The translations under genes were made by a program, and so were the position numbers. Below the pieces are notes generated by a model, which saw only the letters and a program-made list of their open reading frames with translations, had not been told where the DNA came from and did not search any database. From Candidatus Poribacteria bacterium (GTDB taxonomy: Bacteria > Poribacteria > WGA-4E > WGA-3G), in the NCBI GenBank assembly GCA_963663765.2, contig CAXXUA010000004.1, positions 704,001 to 768,000 of the forward strand: DNA of 64,000 nucleotides, written 5' to 3'. Every line of letters starts with the position of its first letter. Position 1 is the first letter of the stretch. This document shows positions 22,023 to 32,504 of the stretch, piece after piece.

Positions 22023-22690
22023 ATGAACTACGTCATCTGCACAACACCCCGCACACGCAGCACCGTTTTATGTGATTTGTTGGTTTCATCCGATGTAGCA
22101 GGATATCTGTAGCAGGATATCCGAGAGAATATCACGAAGAACACGAATCGCTAAAAGACTTGGATATAACCGATCCGGCAACATATCAAAAATTCGTATC
22201 CGTTTCCACTTCACCGAATGGGGTTTGTGGTATACAGGTCATGGCCACAGAAAAGCATATCGTTGAAAAATTTATAGATTTTAAAAACGTAAAATGTATC
22301 TGGATCCGCAGAGAGAACAAAATAAAACAATCTATCTCCCTTTTGAAAGCGCACAAACGTAATTGCTTTTACGAGACAGATAAAACTCGGAAAAATGACG
22401 ATCTCAATCAAATCAAAATTACGCGTGATGAGATCACATACAGCAAATTTGAATTGACTGCACAGGATATGTCCTGGAGATATTACTTTCAAGAAAACAA
22501 GATTATCCCTCTAACAATTTGGTAAAAAAACTTAGAAACAGATACACAGCAAAAGGAAATCCTCAAGAAAGTTTTGGATTTTCTTGGTATCTCCGACACG
22601 CCGAGTGAACCTAAAGTTTGGGTTACACGGCAGGACACGGAATGGGATCAGGTATTATATAACCAAACCGTGGAATCCTATCGGCTATGA
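22023..22690 (+). pseudogene. Stf0-family sulfotransferase pseudogene
   Basis: NYVICTTPRTRSTVLCDLL..AGYPREY, IWIRRENKIKQSIS; broken by a 14-bp tandem duplication (TGTAGCAGGATATC, 22094-22121) and TAA at 22523. Confidence 0.75.
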
Positions 22691-22837
22691 ATCACTACTT
22701 ACCCAAGTTGTTACACTCTACCTTCGTTTATGGGTGGAGTTGATTTGGCAGAATACCACACGCGTATTCTATATGATAGAATCAGTCAGTGTTCAAACAT
22801 AGTCTACATAAAAATTGACTATACTTATTGCACCCAT

Positions 22838-23275
22838 TTATGGTGTAATAGTCATATCTATTCTTTTATGCCTTCTATAGAATTCTATGAAGTTTCCATC
22901 AAAGTTTATATCAATATTGTAGTTCATGAGAATATCAAGTCCAATAACTCCATCTATAAACATGTTATCAAAATGTTCATTACATAGAACTTTATGGTTT
23001 TTATATTGTGATCCAGCAAAATCAATCTGTTTAACTGAAATTATTGATAATGGTTGTGTTCCGCCGGCAGTTTCAAAATCTTGGGTGATACCAGATTGTA
23101 GTAGATCATATCCTAATTCTATTGCTAAATTTTTGCTAATACCACTAATTGTTGCACCAGTGTCTAAAATAAGTTTTATGTCTCTATAATTAGAATCAGG
23201 AATTCCATGTATCTTACATCTAATTGTGATCTGCCCATTTCTAAATTCAAAAAGTGTTTTGTAATCAGGGACCAC
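22838..23275 (-). CDS. retropepsin-like (clan AA) aspartyl protease
   Basis: LILDTGAT and DGVIGLDIL motifs. Confidence 0.85.
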   Translation of the reverse strand: MVPDYKTLFEFRNGQITIRCKIHGIPDSNYRDIKLILDTGATISGISKNLAIELGYDLLQSGITQDFETAGGTQPLSIISVKQIDFAGSQYKNHKVLCNEHFDNMFIDGVIGLDILMNYNIDINFDGNFIEFYRRHKRIDMTITP

Positions 23276-23343
23276 AATAATGTCCTTCTTTAAAGCAAAC
23301 CCTTATTGCACTCTTTATGTTGCAACAAGGGTTTGTGCTTGAA

Positions 23344-23610
23344 TTATTTAGAGTTCTTCGGTTTATATGAAGTTATCCTATGTGTCCGTTTATATTTTGG
23401 ACTTGTCCATTCACCTGTGAACCTTATAGCTGCACCACCAATAAATTCTTTTGAAACTTTATGAATATCATCACGTGACGGACTATGGACTTGAACGATA
23501 CCAGATATAAGTTCATTCGTTTCCTCACAGATAGCAGGTTCAATGATGAACAACCATTGGTTAGGATATTTCTCTATCATTTTCTGTGTTGTCAAACGCT
23601 CACGTGCCAT
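23344..23610 (-). CDS. small hypothetical protein (DUF5678-like) upstream of the retropepsin
   Basis: EKYPNQWLFI...GIVQVHSPSRDDIH; GGAG RBS. Confidence 0.6.
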   Translation of the reverse strand: MARERLTTQKMIEKYPNQWLFIIEPAICEETNELISGIVQVHSPSRDDIHKVSKEFIGGAAIRFTGEWTSPKYKRTHRITSYKPKNSK

Positions 23611-23729
23611 TTAATTGAGTCTCCTATTGTGGGTTTTGTGATTATAGTTTGTCCGATTATAGACAATGGTGTTATATTTTAATATTATGCCTTATTCTGT
23701 AGGTAGAGTCAAACCTTTTTTGAGAAATG

Positions 23730-24060
23730 CAGGGTTATTCAGTTTTAAGTATCTATCGTTATGCCAGTTAACTTTGGGTTAAGATTAGTAATGATATAGG
23801 ATTTTTATGGTATTCTTGATTTTGGTCTGAAATAGGATTTTCAGGATGAGTAGATTATCAAGATATTTCTCATCAGACCCTATTTCAAAAGAGGGCATAA
23901 ACACATATCAAAAACCCTTGACGAGGTAAATCCTGAAAATCTGGTAATCCTGAAAATCCTGGTTCAGACATAGAATGGGTTAACTCCAAAAAGTAAGCTA
24001 ACTCAAGGATTTACAACTGTGATAGAATTTACTCAATAAATTGAAAACTGAATCACCCTG
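23730..24060. mobile_element. 331-bp MITE with 9-bp target-site duplication
   Basis: TIRs CAGGGTTATTCAGTTTT / AAAACTGAATCACCCTG; TGAGAAATG on both flanks; further copy at 63728-64000. Confidence 0.88.
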
Positions 24061-24153
24061 TGAGAAATGAACCGTACTTGCATTTCTTGTCTTGTTATGG
24101 TAAACTCCGTTATTGAAGACATCAGTAGGTGCGGTTTTATTTGGAGAATACAA

Positions 24154-24207
24154 ATGCCAGTAAATTGGAGAGATCACATTGTTAGCACACCAGAAATATT
24201 ACAATGA
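24154..24207 (+). pseudogene. DUF433 5' fragment (MPVNWRDHIVSTPEILQ*)
   Basis: About 70-bp similarity, including the RBS region, to 20812-20880. Confidence 0.65.
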
Positions 24208-24237
24208 AATTATTCAACTCGAAAAGGAGACTTAGCA

Positions 24238-25260
24238 GTGAAACCTGATGTTGCTTTCTATTATCCCGGACAATATTGGCACGACACAGATTGGGCAAAA
24301 AATCTGATCTGCTTTTTTGATGGAATTGCAATGTTAATTCCTACCTACATGAAGGATCATTCTTCATTTGATGATTACCCAATTATTTCTGCACTTAAGG
24401 ATCATGGACTGTTTCATGTGATTCGTCCAGAAGAAGCAATTGATGCAGAGGCAACCAAGGCATTAGCAGAAGCACTTGGCGAAATAATAGCCTCTGGCAG
24501 ATTAGACCATCTGACTAAACGAAATAATGTAGACATTAGAAATTCTGCTTTTGGATCTTTATCAATGTCAAGACTTGGATTTTACGGTGATCGGAACCTC
24601 GCGGAATTAATTTTGCAAGAACTAAAATCTCGAGGGTTAGCAGATGATTCTAAGGATGGTGTCTCCATTCCGATGCATGCAACCGTAAGGGCATTGATTC
24701 TAGTTTTGCTTGCTCAGATTCTCAGACCCAAAGGTGAAGATATTGGTTTGACGCTTTCTCCTGCGACTGACCAAGCGCAACTTGTTAATGCCTTAAGTGA
24801 AATTATTTCAGAACCTGAATCTTCATCGTCAACTGTTGGTGATATTGTTTCATTTGACATGGCTATGGTGGGTGTTGAATTAGGAATAATTCCAGTGGAT
24901 GAAATCTTAGATTTTCGCCAGCAAAACTATTCCCAGCATCGAAACTATATTCTATCGGTTCACCAATTTGCGCGCGAACTTAGTCTTATGCAGCAAGATG
25001 AACGTGAAACAAAGTTTGAACAACGTCAAGAAGAACTGAAGGACCTTTCTCAGGAATTGAAAAAGATATATCGTGGTTCTTGGAAACAACCTACTTCTTT
25101 TGGGATCACTTTAGTAGGTGCAGCATGGACTATGTATAGTGGAGTTCTTATTGGTGCTGCTATCTCAAGTATTGGGGCATTGATGGGAATACTGTCTGTA
25201 AAACCAAACAAGGTTGATGTCTATTCCTACCTGTTCTCGGCAAAAGAAAGATTCTTGTAG
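24238..25260 (+). CDS. hypothetical protein with two C-terminal hydrophobic helices
   Basis: 340-aa ORF, AGGAG RBS, AFYYPG N-terminus, coiled coil then GITLVGAAW/LIGAAISSIGALMG. Confidence 0.6.
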   Translation: MKPDVAFYYPGQYWHDTDWAKNLICFFDGIAMLIPTYMKDHSSFDDYPIISALKDHGLFHVIRPEEAIDAEATKALAEALGEIIASGRLDHLTKRNNVDIRNSAFGSLSMSRLGFYGDRNLAELILQELKSRGLADDSKDGVSIPMHATVRALILVLLAQILRPKGEDIGLTLSPATDQAQLVNALSEIISEPESSSSTVGDIVSFDMAMVGVELGIIPVDEILDFRQQNYSQHRNYILSVHQFARELSLMQQDERETKFEQRQEELKDLSQELKKIYRGSWKQPTSFGITLVGAAWTMYSGVLIGAAISSIGALMGILSVKPNKVDVYSYLFSAKERFL

Positions 25261-25334
25261 AATAACTGTTAACATTTATTATTTGCTAGGTGCTTATGTA
25301 CTATAGTTGAACATAAAGGAAATACAACTAAATC

Positions 25335-26567
25335 ATGAGAGACAATTATCTATTTTCAAAAATAGACTGGTCCTCTGCTGAGCAACATCAACGTGCACAA
25401 TTGAAAGAAGAGATTTCCAATTTAATTAAGAACCAGTTACTTAATACTCCGATAGATGAACTTTGCGCGCATTTCGTTGAAAAATATCGCGTAAATATTC
25501 CAATTCTCAAAAAGGATGAAATTCTGGTAGAATCACCGCGTGAAATACAAATTGATATTTACCAAGACCCAATGCGCGGGGCTTTTGGTCGAGATAAGCC
25601 ATATTTTATTACGGGAACTGAGGTCGAAATAAACGTGCCATTCATTGGTGATGCAGAAGCATTTAAGATTAAACCAACAATATATTCATTTTCTCCACAA
25701 AGTGGAATTATCAGAGATACAACTCTCGTTATTTCTATTAGTGGCATAGATCTTGAAGCCGAACAAGTGAGTCAAGAAATTAATAACGCACTGGACAAGA
25801 TTGATGATGTCCTAACTACTCTTCGTAATAAGGCAGATAGTCTGAATAGTCAACTTGATTCAATTACCCGCCATTGTATAACACAACGTCGGGACAAACT
25901 CATTGCTGATCAGAAACTGGTAGAATCGCTTGGTTTCAAACTTAAAGAACGTCCCGATTCCCCCAAAACTTATGTAGCACCAGAAGTACGTCGCAAAATA
26001 AGACCGAAACTACCCGATCCAAGTACATCCCAAGACAAATTAGAATTAATCCTTGCTGAAACAGACTATGAACATATTCTGGGTGTTATTGATAACATGG
26101 CAAAAGTCATGGAACGTAGTCCAACTGCCTTCACAACGATGGATGAAGAGTCGCTGCGATGGCACTTCTTAGTCCAACTAAATGGACACTATGAAGGTCA
26201 GGCTACTGGTGAAACTTTCAACTACGAAGGCAAGACCGATATTTTGATTCGATCCGAAGGAAGAAATATCTTCATTGCGGAATGCAAGTATTGGGATGGT
26301 CCAAAGAAACTAACAGAAACAATAAACCAAATATTGGGTTATAGTGCTTGGCGTGATACTAAAGTAGCAGTGATAATTTTCAATCGAAATAAGAATTTTA
26401 CAAAGGTATTGGAGACTATTAAATCAACGACAAATGAACATGCCAACTGTAATTGTGAGCTGGATCAACCATCGGAATCCTCTTTCCGTTTTATCTTTTC
26501 GCACCGTGATGACGTGGATAGGGAGTTAACACTAACCATAGTTGCTTTTGATGTTCCAAATGAATAA
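25335..26567 (+). CDS. hypothetical protein with C-terminal PD-(D/E)XK restriction-like nuclease domain
   Basis: GETFNYEGKTDILIR...FIAECKYW motif. Confidence 0.65.
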   Translation: MRDNYLFSKIDWSSAEQHQRAQLKEEISNLIKNQLLNTPIDELCAHFVEKYRVNIPILKKDEILVESPREIQIDIYQDPMRGAFGRDKPYFITGTEVEINVPFIGDAEAFKIKPTIYSFSPQSGIIRDTTLVISISGIDLEAEQVSQEINNALDKIDDVLTTLRNKADSLNSQLDSITRHCITQRRDKLIADQKLVESLGFKLKERPDSPKTYVAPEVRRKIRPKLPDPSTSQDKLELILAETDYEHILGVIDNMAKVMERSPTAFTTMDEESLRWHFLVQLNGHYEGQATGETFNYEGKTDILIRSEGRNIFIAECKYWDGPKKLTETINQILGYSAWRDTKVAVIIFNRNKNFTKVLETIKSTTNEHANCNCELDQPSESSFRFIFSHRDDVDRELTLTIVAFDVPNE

Positions 26568-26662
26568 TGAGAGGTACTGAAGAAGATGCAGTTATGGTAA
26601 TTATTCAATCACCAAAGCAGAATCAAAATATCTATACACATAAAATATAAGAAGAACCTAAC

Positions 26663-28705
26663 ATGCACAACACATCACAACAAAATGATTGGTTAGTTCA
26701 ACCATACACGCAACTCGCTGCAGTAGAAGAAACGGGCAATCAGGTTATTCTCGGTAATGGACTCATTCAGCGAAGGTTCGTCACAACACCAAATTTCGCA
26801 ACGGTTGATTATATCAATCAAATAACTGGCAACAGTCTGCTGCGCGGTATTAAGCCAGAAGCAGTACTGACAATTGACGGTCAGGAATATGAAGTAGGTG
26901 GTCTAAAAGGACAACCTGATTTCGCCTATCTTGATGATGGGTGGATTGCAGACTTGACCAGTGACGAAAACGCTTTTCAATTTCGAGAATATAGATTCGG
27001 TGAGGTTGAAACCCACTATCCATGGGTTCACAGACGTACGAAAACACCTTCAGTATATCCGCCAAAAGGTATAACACTGACGGTTGCGTTCTCACCGCCG
27101 CCATCCGTTGACTCCCTGCAGGTTAGTGTGCATTATGAACTATATCAAGGCATTCCGGTGTTGTCCAAGTGGATTACTGTTCGCAATGAGGGTCAAAAAT
27201 CGATTCAGATTGATGCTTTAAGTTGTGAAATTCTTGCTGTCAACGAGCAGGAAAAGCATCGGCTACATGTGGAGAGCGATTATGCATTTAGCAGAATGGA
27301 TACGACCCAGTGGGGACCTGATTCGGATTACCTAACACAAGTGGATTATCGTTATCAGATGCCGTTGTTGATGACAAGTCACTACCCCCTCGGCCCAGGG
27401 GTGCTTCTTCAACCAGGAGAGACTTTCACAAGTTTTCGCACCTTCGAAATTTTGCATGATAGTGATGACCGTGAGCGTAAAGGACTTGCACGCCGCAAAA
27501 TGTATCGGACAGTCGCGCCACAGGTTACGGAAAATCCTATTCTCATGCACGTTCGAAGTGCTGAACCGGACGCTGTCCGTTTAGCGATAGATCAGTGTGC
27601 TGAAGTTGGTTTTGAAATGGTGATTATGACCTTTGGCAGCGGTTTTAATATTGAGAGCGAAGACCCAGAATACATCGCTAAGATGAAGGAGTTAACGGAT
27701 TATGCCCATAGCAAAGACATTCAAATCGGCGGTTATACCTTGATGTGCGCTTCGCGTGGTGTCGGAGATGACTTTAACTGTATTGACCCAGAAACTGGGA
27801 ACCCCGGTAGTAAGTTTGGACAGAGTGCTTGCCTTGCGAGCAATTGGGCTGACGGTTATGTCAAACGTGTGCTGAATTTCATGGATGCAACCGGAATGGA
27901 TATTATAGAGACAGATGGTCCCTATCACGGTGATGTCTGTGCTTCAACCACGCACGCGCATCATAACGGTTTAGCAGATTCGCAGTTACGTCAGTGGGAA
28001 GCATGCGTTAATTTTTACCACGAATGTCGAAAACGCGGCATCTATATCAATTCACCAGATAATTATTACCTCAACGGTTCAAACAAATGTGGTATGGGGT
28101 ATCGCGAAACGAATTTCAGTTTGCCTCGTGAGCGGCAAATTCTTATTTCCCGTCAGAATATCTATGATGGAACATACCAAAAGACACCGAGTATGGGTTG
28201 GATGTTCGTCCCATTGGTAGAATACCATGGTGGTGGACAAGCCGCAACATTTGAACCGCTTTGTGATCATCTTGATGACTACGAAGCACACCTTGCACAG
28301 AACTTTGGTAGTGGTGTGATTGCGTGCTATCGTGGTCCACGACTTTTTGATACTGAACAAACGAAAGCAGTTGTGAAAAAATGGGTTGATTTCTTTAAAA
28401 AGTATCGCCAAATTTTAGAGTCCGACATAATACATGTTCGACGTCCAGATGGACGTTCCATTGATTGCATTCTTCACGTCAACCCACAGATCAGTCCGTG
28501 TGGACTCGCGATGCTATATAATCCCACACTCATTAGTCAACAGATCACTTTGAAGTTACCGCTTTATTATACCGGTTTATCTGAAACTGCTAAAATTCGT
28601 GAAAAAGAAGAAGAACCTAAAAAGTACAATATAGATCGAAACTACAACGTTGAAATTAAAATTTGGATGGAGGCAAAAAGCGTAAGCTATCTCGTTATAG
28701 AATAA
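26663..28705 (+). CDS. alpha-galactosidase-like glycoside hydrolase (GH36/clan D-like)
   Basis: [23 protein letters not shown]-domain; TIM-barrel segment with FGSGFN and IETDGPY. Confidence 0.65.
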   Translation: MHNTSQQNDWLVQPYTQLAAVEETGNQVILGNGLIQRRFVTTPNFATVDYINQITGNSLLRGIKPEAVLTIDGQEYEVGGLKGQPDFAYLDDGWIADLTSDENAFQFREYRFGEVETHYPWVHRRTKTPSVYPPKGITLTVAFSPPPSVDSLQVSVHYELYQGIPVLSKWITVRNEGQKSIQIDALSCEILAVNEQEKHRLHVESDYAFSRMDTTQWGPDSDYLTQVDYRYQMPLLMTSHYPLGPGVLLQPGETFTSFRTFEILHDSDDRERKGLARRKMYRTVAPQVTENPILMHVRSAEPDAVRLAIDQCAEVGFEMVIMTFGSGFNIESEDPEYIAKMKELTDYAHSKDIQIGGYTLMCASRGVGDDFNCIDPETGNPGSKFGQSACLASNWADGYVKRVLNFMDATGMDIIETDGPYHGDVCASTTHAHHNGLADSQLRQWEACVNFYHECRKRGIYINSPDNYYLNGSNKCGMGYRETNFSLPRERQILISRQNIYDGTYQKTPSMGWMFVPLVEYHGGGQAATFEPLCDHLDDYEAHLAQNFGSGVIACYRGPRLFDTEQTKAVVKKWVDFFKKYRQILESDIIHVRRPDGRSIDCILHVNPQISPCGLAMLYNPTLISQQITLKLPLYYTGLSETAKIREKEEEPKKYNIDRNYNVEIKIWMEAKSVSYLVIE

Positions 28706-28710
28706 AGAAT

Positions 28711-29583
28711 ATGAGCATACTCGTAAATAAAAACACAAAAGTAATTGTCCAAGGTATCACTGGACGTTCAGGTCGGTTTCACACAGAGCAGTGTGTGGAC
28801 TACGGAACGCAAATTGTTGCTGGTGCTGTTCCCGGTAAAGGCGGAACTGATGTCAACGGTATCCCCGTTTTTGACACTGTAGCAGAAGGAGTCACAGAAA
28901 CCGGAGCAGACACCTCCCTAATTTTTGTTCCAGCACGTTTCAATGCTGCTGACTCCATCATGGAAGCAGCCGATGCTGGAATTAGTTTAATTATCTGCAT
29001 ATCAGAACATATCCCTGTACTTGATATGGTAAAGGCAAAAGCATATCTTCAAGGAAAGCAGACGCGGTTAATCGGTCCGAACTGCCCAGGTATTATTACA
29101 CCAGGTGAGTGCAAAATCGGTGTGATGCCTGCGTTTGCTTATTCTCCCGGAAATGTAGGTATTGTCTCTCGCAGCGGAACGCTAACCTATGAAGCAGCAT
29201 TTCAACTAAAGCAACTCAACATTGGACAGTCTACGTGCGTCGGTATCGGTGGAGACCCAGTGATAGGGACAAATTTCGTTGATGCCCTTAAACTTTTTGA
29301 GGAAGACGATAATACACATGCCGTAGTCTTAATCGGGGAGATTGGTGGTACTGCTGAAGAAAAAGCAGCACACTTCGTCAAGAACGAAATGACAAAACCA
29401 GTCGTTGGATTTATTGCTGGACAAACAGCACCTCCTGGAAAACGGATGGGACATGCTGGTGCAATCATATCAGGTGGACAAGGCACTGCATCAGATAAAA
29501 TTAAATCGCTCAAGGATGCTGGAATCGCTGTAGCACCTGATCTAACAACAATCGGAGAAACCGTCGCCCAAGTATTAACTTAA
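28711..29583 (+). CDS. sucD: succinyl-CoA ligase alpha subunit
   Basis: [33 protein letters not shown]; start moved to ATG 28711. Confidence 0.98.
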   Translation: MSILVNKNTKVIVQGITGRSGRFHTEQCVDYGTQIVAGAVPGKGGTDVNGIPVFDTVAEGVTETGADTSLIFVPARFNAADSIMEAADAGISLIICISEHIPVLDMVKAKAYLQGKQTRLIGPNCPGIITPGECKIGVMPAFAYSPGNVGIVSRSGTLTYEAAFQLKQLNIGQSTCVGIGGDPVIGTNFVDALKLFEEDDNTHAVVLIGEIGGTAEEKAAHFVKNEMTKPVVGFIAGQTAPPGKRMGHAGAIISGGQGTASDKIKSLKDAGIAVAPDLTTIGETVAQVLT

Positions 29584-29597
29584 ACAGGTGTTTCATT

Positions 29598-31097
29598 ATG
29601 TCAAAAAATCCAAATGTAATTCTCATCTTCGCAGATGATCTCGGACGCGGTATGTTAAGTTGTTATGGACAGCAACATTTTGAGACACCAAACATTGACC
29701 GACTTGCAAACGAGGGTATGCGATTCAATCACGCATACGGTTGTGCATTTTGTGCACCATCTCGGGCAAGCATGTTGACTGGAATCCATGATTGCCACCA
29801 AGGTAGATGGACATATACAAAAGCTGGAATCTACAAAAGTATAAGCACCGGGGAAATGAACCCGAGTGAAATCTCGGAGTTGATTCATACAACAGGTTTA
29901 CAAGCAAGTCCGAATGATGTTTTTTTAGCACAAATCGCAGAGCAAGCCGGTTATGAAACTGGACAGATAGGGAAACTTGAATGGGGATTTGCCACAACAG
30001 CAGAGCGCATTTACAGACATGGCTGGCAGTATCATTTTGGTTATTATGACCATCAACGTTGTCACGGCTTTTATCCTCCTTTCCTTTTTGATAACGGAGA
30101 AGTAACAAACATTCAAGGGAATACGCACTCAGATTGTGGTAAACATCCAAATTCGGAATCTGCTGAGAATATGGATATTCGCAGGAATCGTCAAGGTAAA
30201 GCAGTATACTCACAGGACATTTTCAATGACAAAATCGTAGAGTTTCTACGCAACCACAAAGACAAACCTTTCTTTCTATATCACCCTTCACAGTTACCCC
30301 ATGGACCGATTTCCATCCCTGACATCCACCCAGCAGTGAAGCAGTCTTCAGAACTGACCGCGTATGAGAAAGAATACGCTTCAATGATATTAAAGCTAGA
30401 TGAAACTGTTGGAATTATCTTAGATGAACTTGAGCGACTTGGAATTGACGACAACACGATGATTGTGTTTTCATCAGATAACGGACACGAGGTATATTAT
30501 CGCCAAGAGGGAAGAACTACCGGTAGACAGAGCAGTTTGGATGGGGAACGATTGGATGACATTACATCAAAGTTCTATTCAGAAACATGCGGTGACGTAT
30601 TCAACGGTAATGACGGTATGGGTGGTTTGAAGTTTTCAAGTTGGGAAGGCGGCACTCGAGTTCCTTATCTTGTGCGTTTCCCAGGAAGTATCACTCCTAA
30701 GACTGAATCAGATCACATGTTAGCGAATTACGATTTTATGCCAACACTTGCAGAACTCCTCGGTATTGAAATGCCACAAGACAAAGATGGCGTTTCATAT
30801 TTGCCAACTTTGCTGGAACAACCTGATGCACAACAGAACCATGATTGGATTGTGTATGCCTCTCGGCTTGGTCCTGCTCTGGTCAGCTCTGATGGTTGGA
30901 AGTTGCGTTATATCAACCGCACGGACAGTTTCCAACTATATCATCTACCTAATGACTATCGTGAGGAAAACGATATTTCTTCAGAGCATCCTGATATGGT
31001 TTCGCGTCTTAGTAAATGGATGTTGAACGCTTGTGATGGCGACTATCATAACGGTACGCCCCAAGCACATTTGGCTGAAATCCCCGACAGAAACTAA
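29598..31097 (+). CDS. arylsulfatase (formylglycine-dependent)
   Basis: NVILIFADDLG, CAPSRASMLTG, SSDNG, WEGGTRVP. Confidence 0.93.
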   Translation: MSKNPNVILIFADDLGRGMLSCYGQQHFETPNIDRLANEGMRFNHAYGCAFCAPSRASMLTGIHDCHQGRWTYTKAGIYKSISTGEMNPSEISELIHTTGLQASPNDVFLAQIAEQAGYETGQIGKLEWGFATTAERIYRHGWQYHFGYYDHQRCHGFYPPFLFDNGEVTNIQGNTHSDCGKHPNSESAENMDIRRNRQGKAVYSQDIFNDKIVEFLRNHKDKPFFLYHPSQLPHGPISIPDIHPAVKQSSELTAYEKEYASMILKLDETVGIILDELERLGIDDNTMIVFSSDNGHEVYYRQEGRTTGRQSSLDGERLDDITSKFYSETCGDVFNGNDGMGGLKFSSWEGGTRVPYLVRFPGSITPKTESDHMLANYDFMPTLAELLGIEMPQDKDGVSYLPTLLEQPDAQQNHDWIVYASRLGPALVSSDGWKLRYINRTDSFQLYHLPNDYREENDISSEHPDMVSRLSKWMLNACDGDYHNGTPQAHLAEIPDRN

Positions 31098-31132
31098 CCT
31101 CAATATTCTCTCAATTTCTTCTATAAATTCAA

Positions 31133-31189
31133 CAGGACTTACGTATTTTCTCTTAAAGACCTTTTGATAAGGGGGAATGCGTAAGTCCT
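31133..31189. mobile_element. tiny MITE with IS701-type ends
   Basis: CAGGACTTACGT ... TGCGTAAGTCCT, matching the TIRs of the IS at 47665-48755. Confidence 0.65.
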
Positions 31190-31298
31190 ATTGAAAATAA
31201 AACGAAGCATTTAGGAATTTCACTGTTCAAGAAAAAATCTTCTATAGCTTGTGGAATGATTCGACATTTGAATGCTATGATACATATTCCACTGTTAC

Positions 31299-31327
31299 TT
31301 GAATTACGCGAATTTATATGGTATAAT
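31299..31327 (+). promoter_or_regulatory. sigma70-type promoter of the Fe-ADH cluster
   Basis: TTGAAT-17 bp-TATAAT with extended TG. Confidence 0.55.
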
Positions 31328-31382
31328 ACCCTATTGAATAGTGTTAACACTAAAATACTCTGAGAAAGTGTCGTAAATTATA

Positions 31383-32504
31383 ATGGTTTCTTTTGACTCA
31401 AATTTGGCACAACGTGTCATCTTTGGTGATAATAGTATAGAAAGACTTGCTGAATCAACTATTACGCTTGGAGGTAGTCGCGTATTACTTGTAACAGACG
31501 CAGGCATAGAAGAAGCAGGTATTCTTAAGCGTGCATATTCAGCTCTGAATAGCGAGAAGATTACGTGTTATATATTCACGGATGTTGAGTCAAATCCAAC
31601 GACAAAACATGTTCAAGCTGCAGTTGAATTTGCAAAGGTTAATGCTCCAATCGACCTCATTATTGGCTTAGGTGGTGGGAGTGCTATGGATACTGCAAAA
31701 GGTGCTAACTTCTTACTCACCAACGGTGGAAAAATGGAGGACTATTGGGGAACAAACAAAGCAACAATGCGGATGCTTCCCTCTATAGGCATTCCTACAA
31801 CCATAGGTACTGGAAGTGAAGCACAATCTTTTGCACTAATTTCACAGGAAGATTCACATGTCAAAATGGCTTGTGGAGACAAGAAAGCACAATTCCACAC
31901 GGTTATATTGGACCCAACATTAACAGAAACTTTGCCAGCATCAGTTGCAGCAGCAACGGGAATAGATGCTGTTGCACATGCAATTGAGAGTTATGTTTCA
32001 ACCAGACGCAACGCATTGTCACAGATGTTCTCTCAACAAGCTTGGCAACTGCTGAATGCAAATTTTGAAACAGCAATTACGACAGATAATTATCAAGCAC
32101 GAGGAAAGATGTTATTTGGTGCTTATCTTGCGGGTGTAGCAATAGAAAACTCAATGCTTGGTGCGGCTCATGCATGCGCTAATCCATTGACTGCAAGATA
32201 TGGAATTACACACGGTATCGCTGTGGCTTTGATGTTACCGCATGTCATTCGGTTCAATAGAAATATCGTAGGTGAGTCTTACAACGAACTATACTCCGAT
32301 GGGGATATAGCTGATAGAATTGAAAAATTAATGAAAGTTGGAGATATACCGAACACATTACAACGGTGGTCTGTCCAATATCAAGGAAAAACAACAGATA
32401 TTCCCAAGTTAGCAGATGAGGCATCAGTCCAATGGACTGCACAGTTTAATCCACGGTCTTTAGCCATACATGATTTGATTAGATTATATGAACAGATATT
32501 TTAA
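31383..32504 (+). CDS. iron-containing alcohol dehydrogenase
   Basis: GLGGGSAMD, IPTTIGTGSE, DAVAHAIE, AAHACANP, HGIA. Confidence 0.92.
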   Translation: MVSFDSNLAQRVIFGDNSIERLAESTITLGGSRVLLVTDAGIEEAGILKRAYSALNSEKITCYIFTDVESNPTTKHVQAAVEFAKVNAPIDLIIGLGGGSAMDTAKGANFLLTNGGKMEDYWGTNKATMRMLPSIGIPTTIGTGSEAQSFALISQEDSHVKMACGDKKAQFHTVILDPTLTETLPASVAAATGIDAVAHAIESYVSTRRNALSQMFSQQAWQLLNANFETAITTDNYQARGKMLFGAYLAGVAIENSMLGAAHACANPLTARYGITHGIAVALMLPHVIRFNRNIVGESYNELYSDGDIADRIEKLMKVGDIPNTLQRWSVQYQGKTTDIPKLADEASVQWTAQFNPRSLAIHDLIRLYEQIF

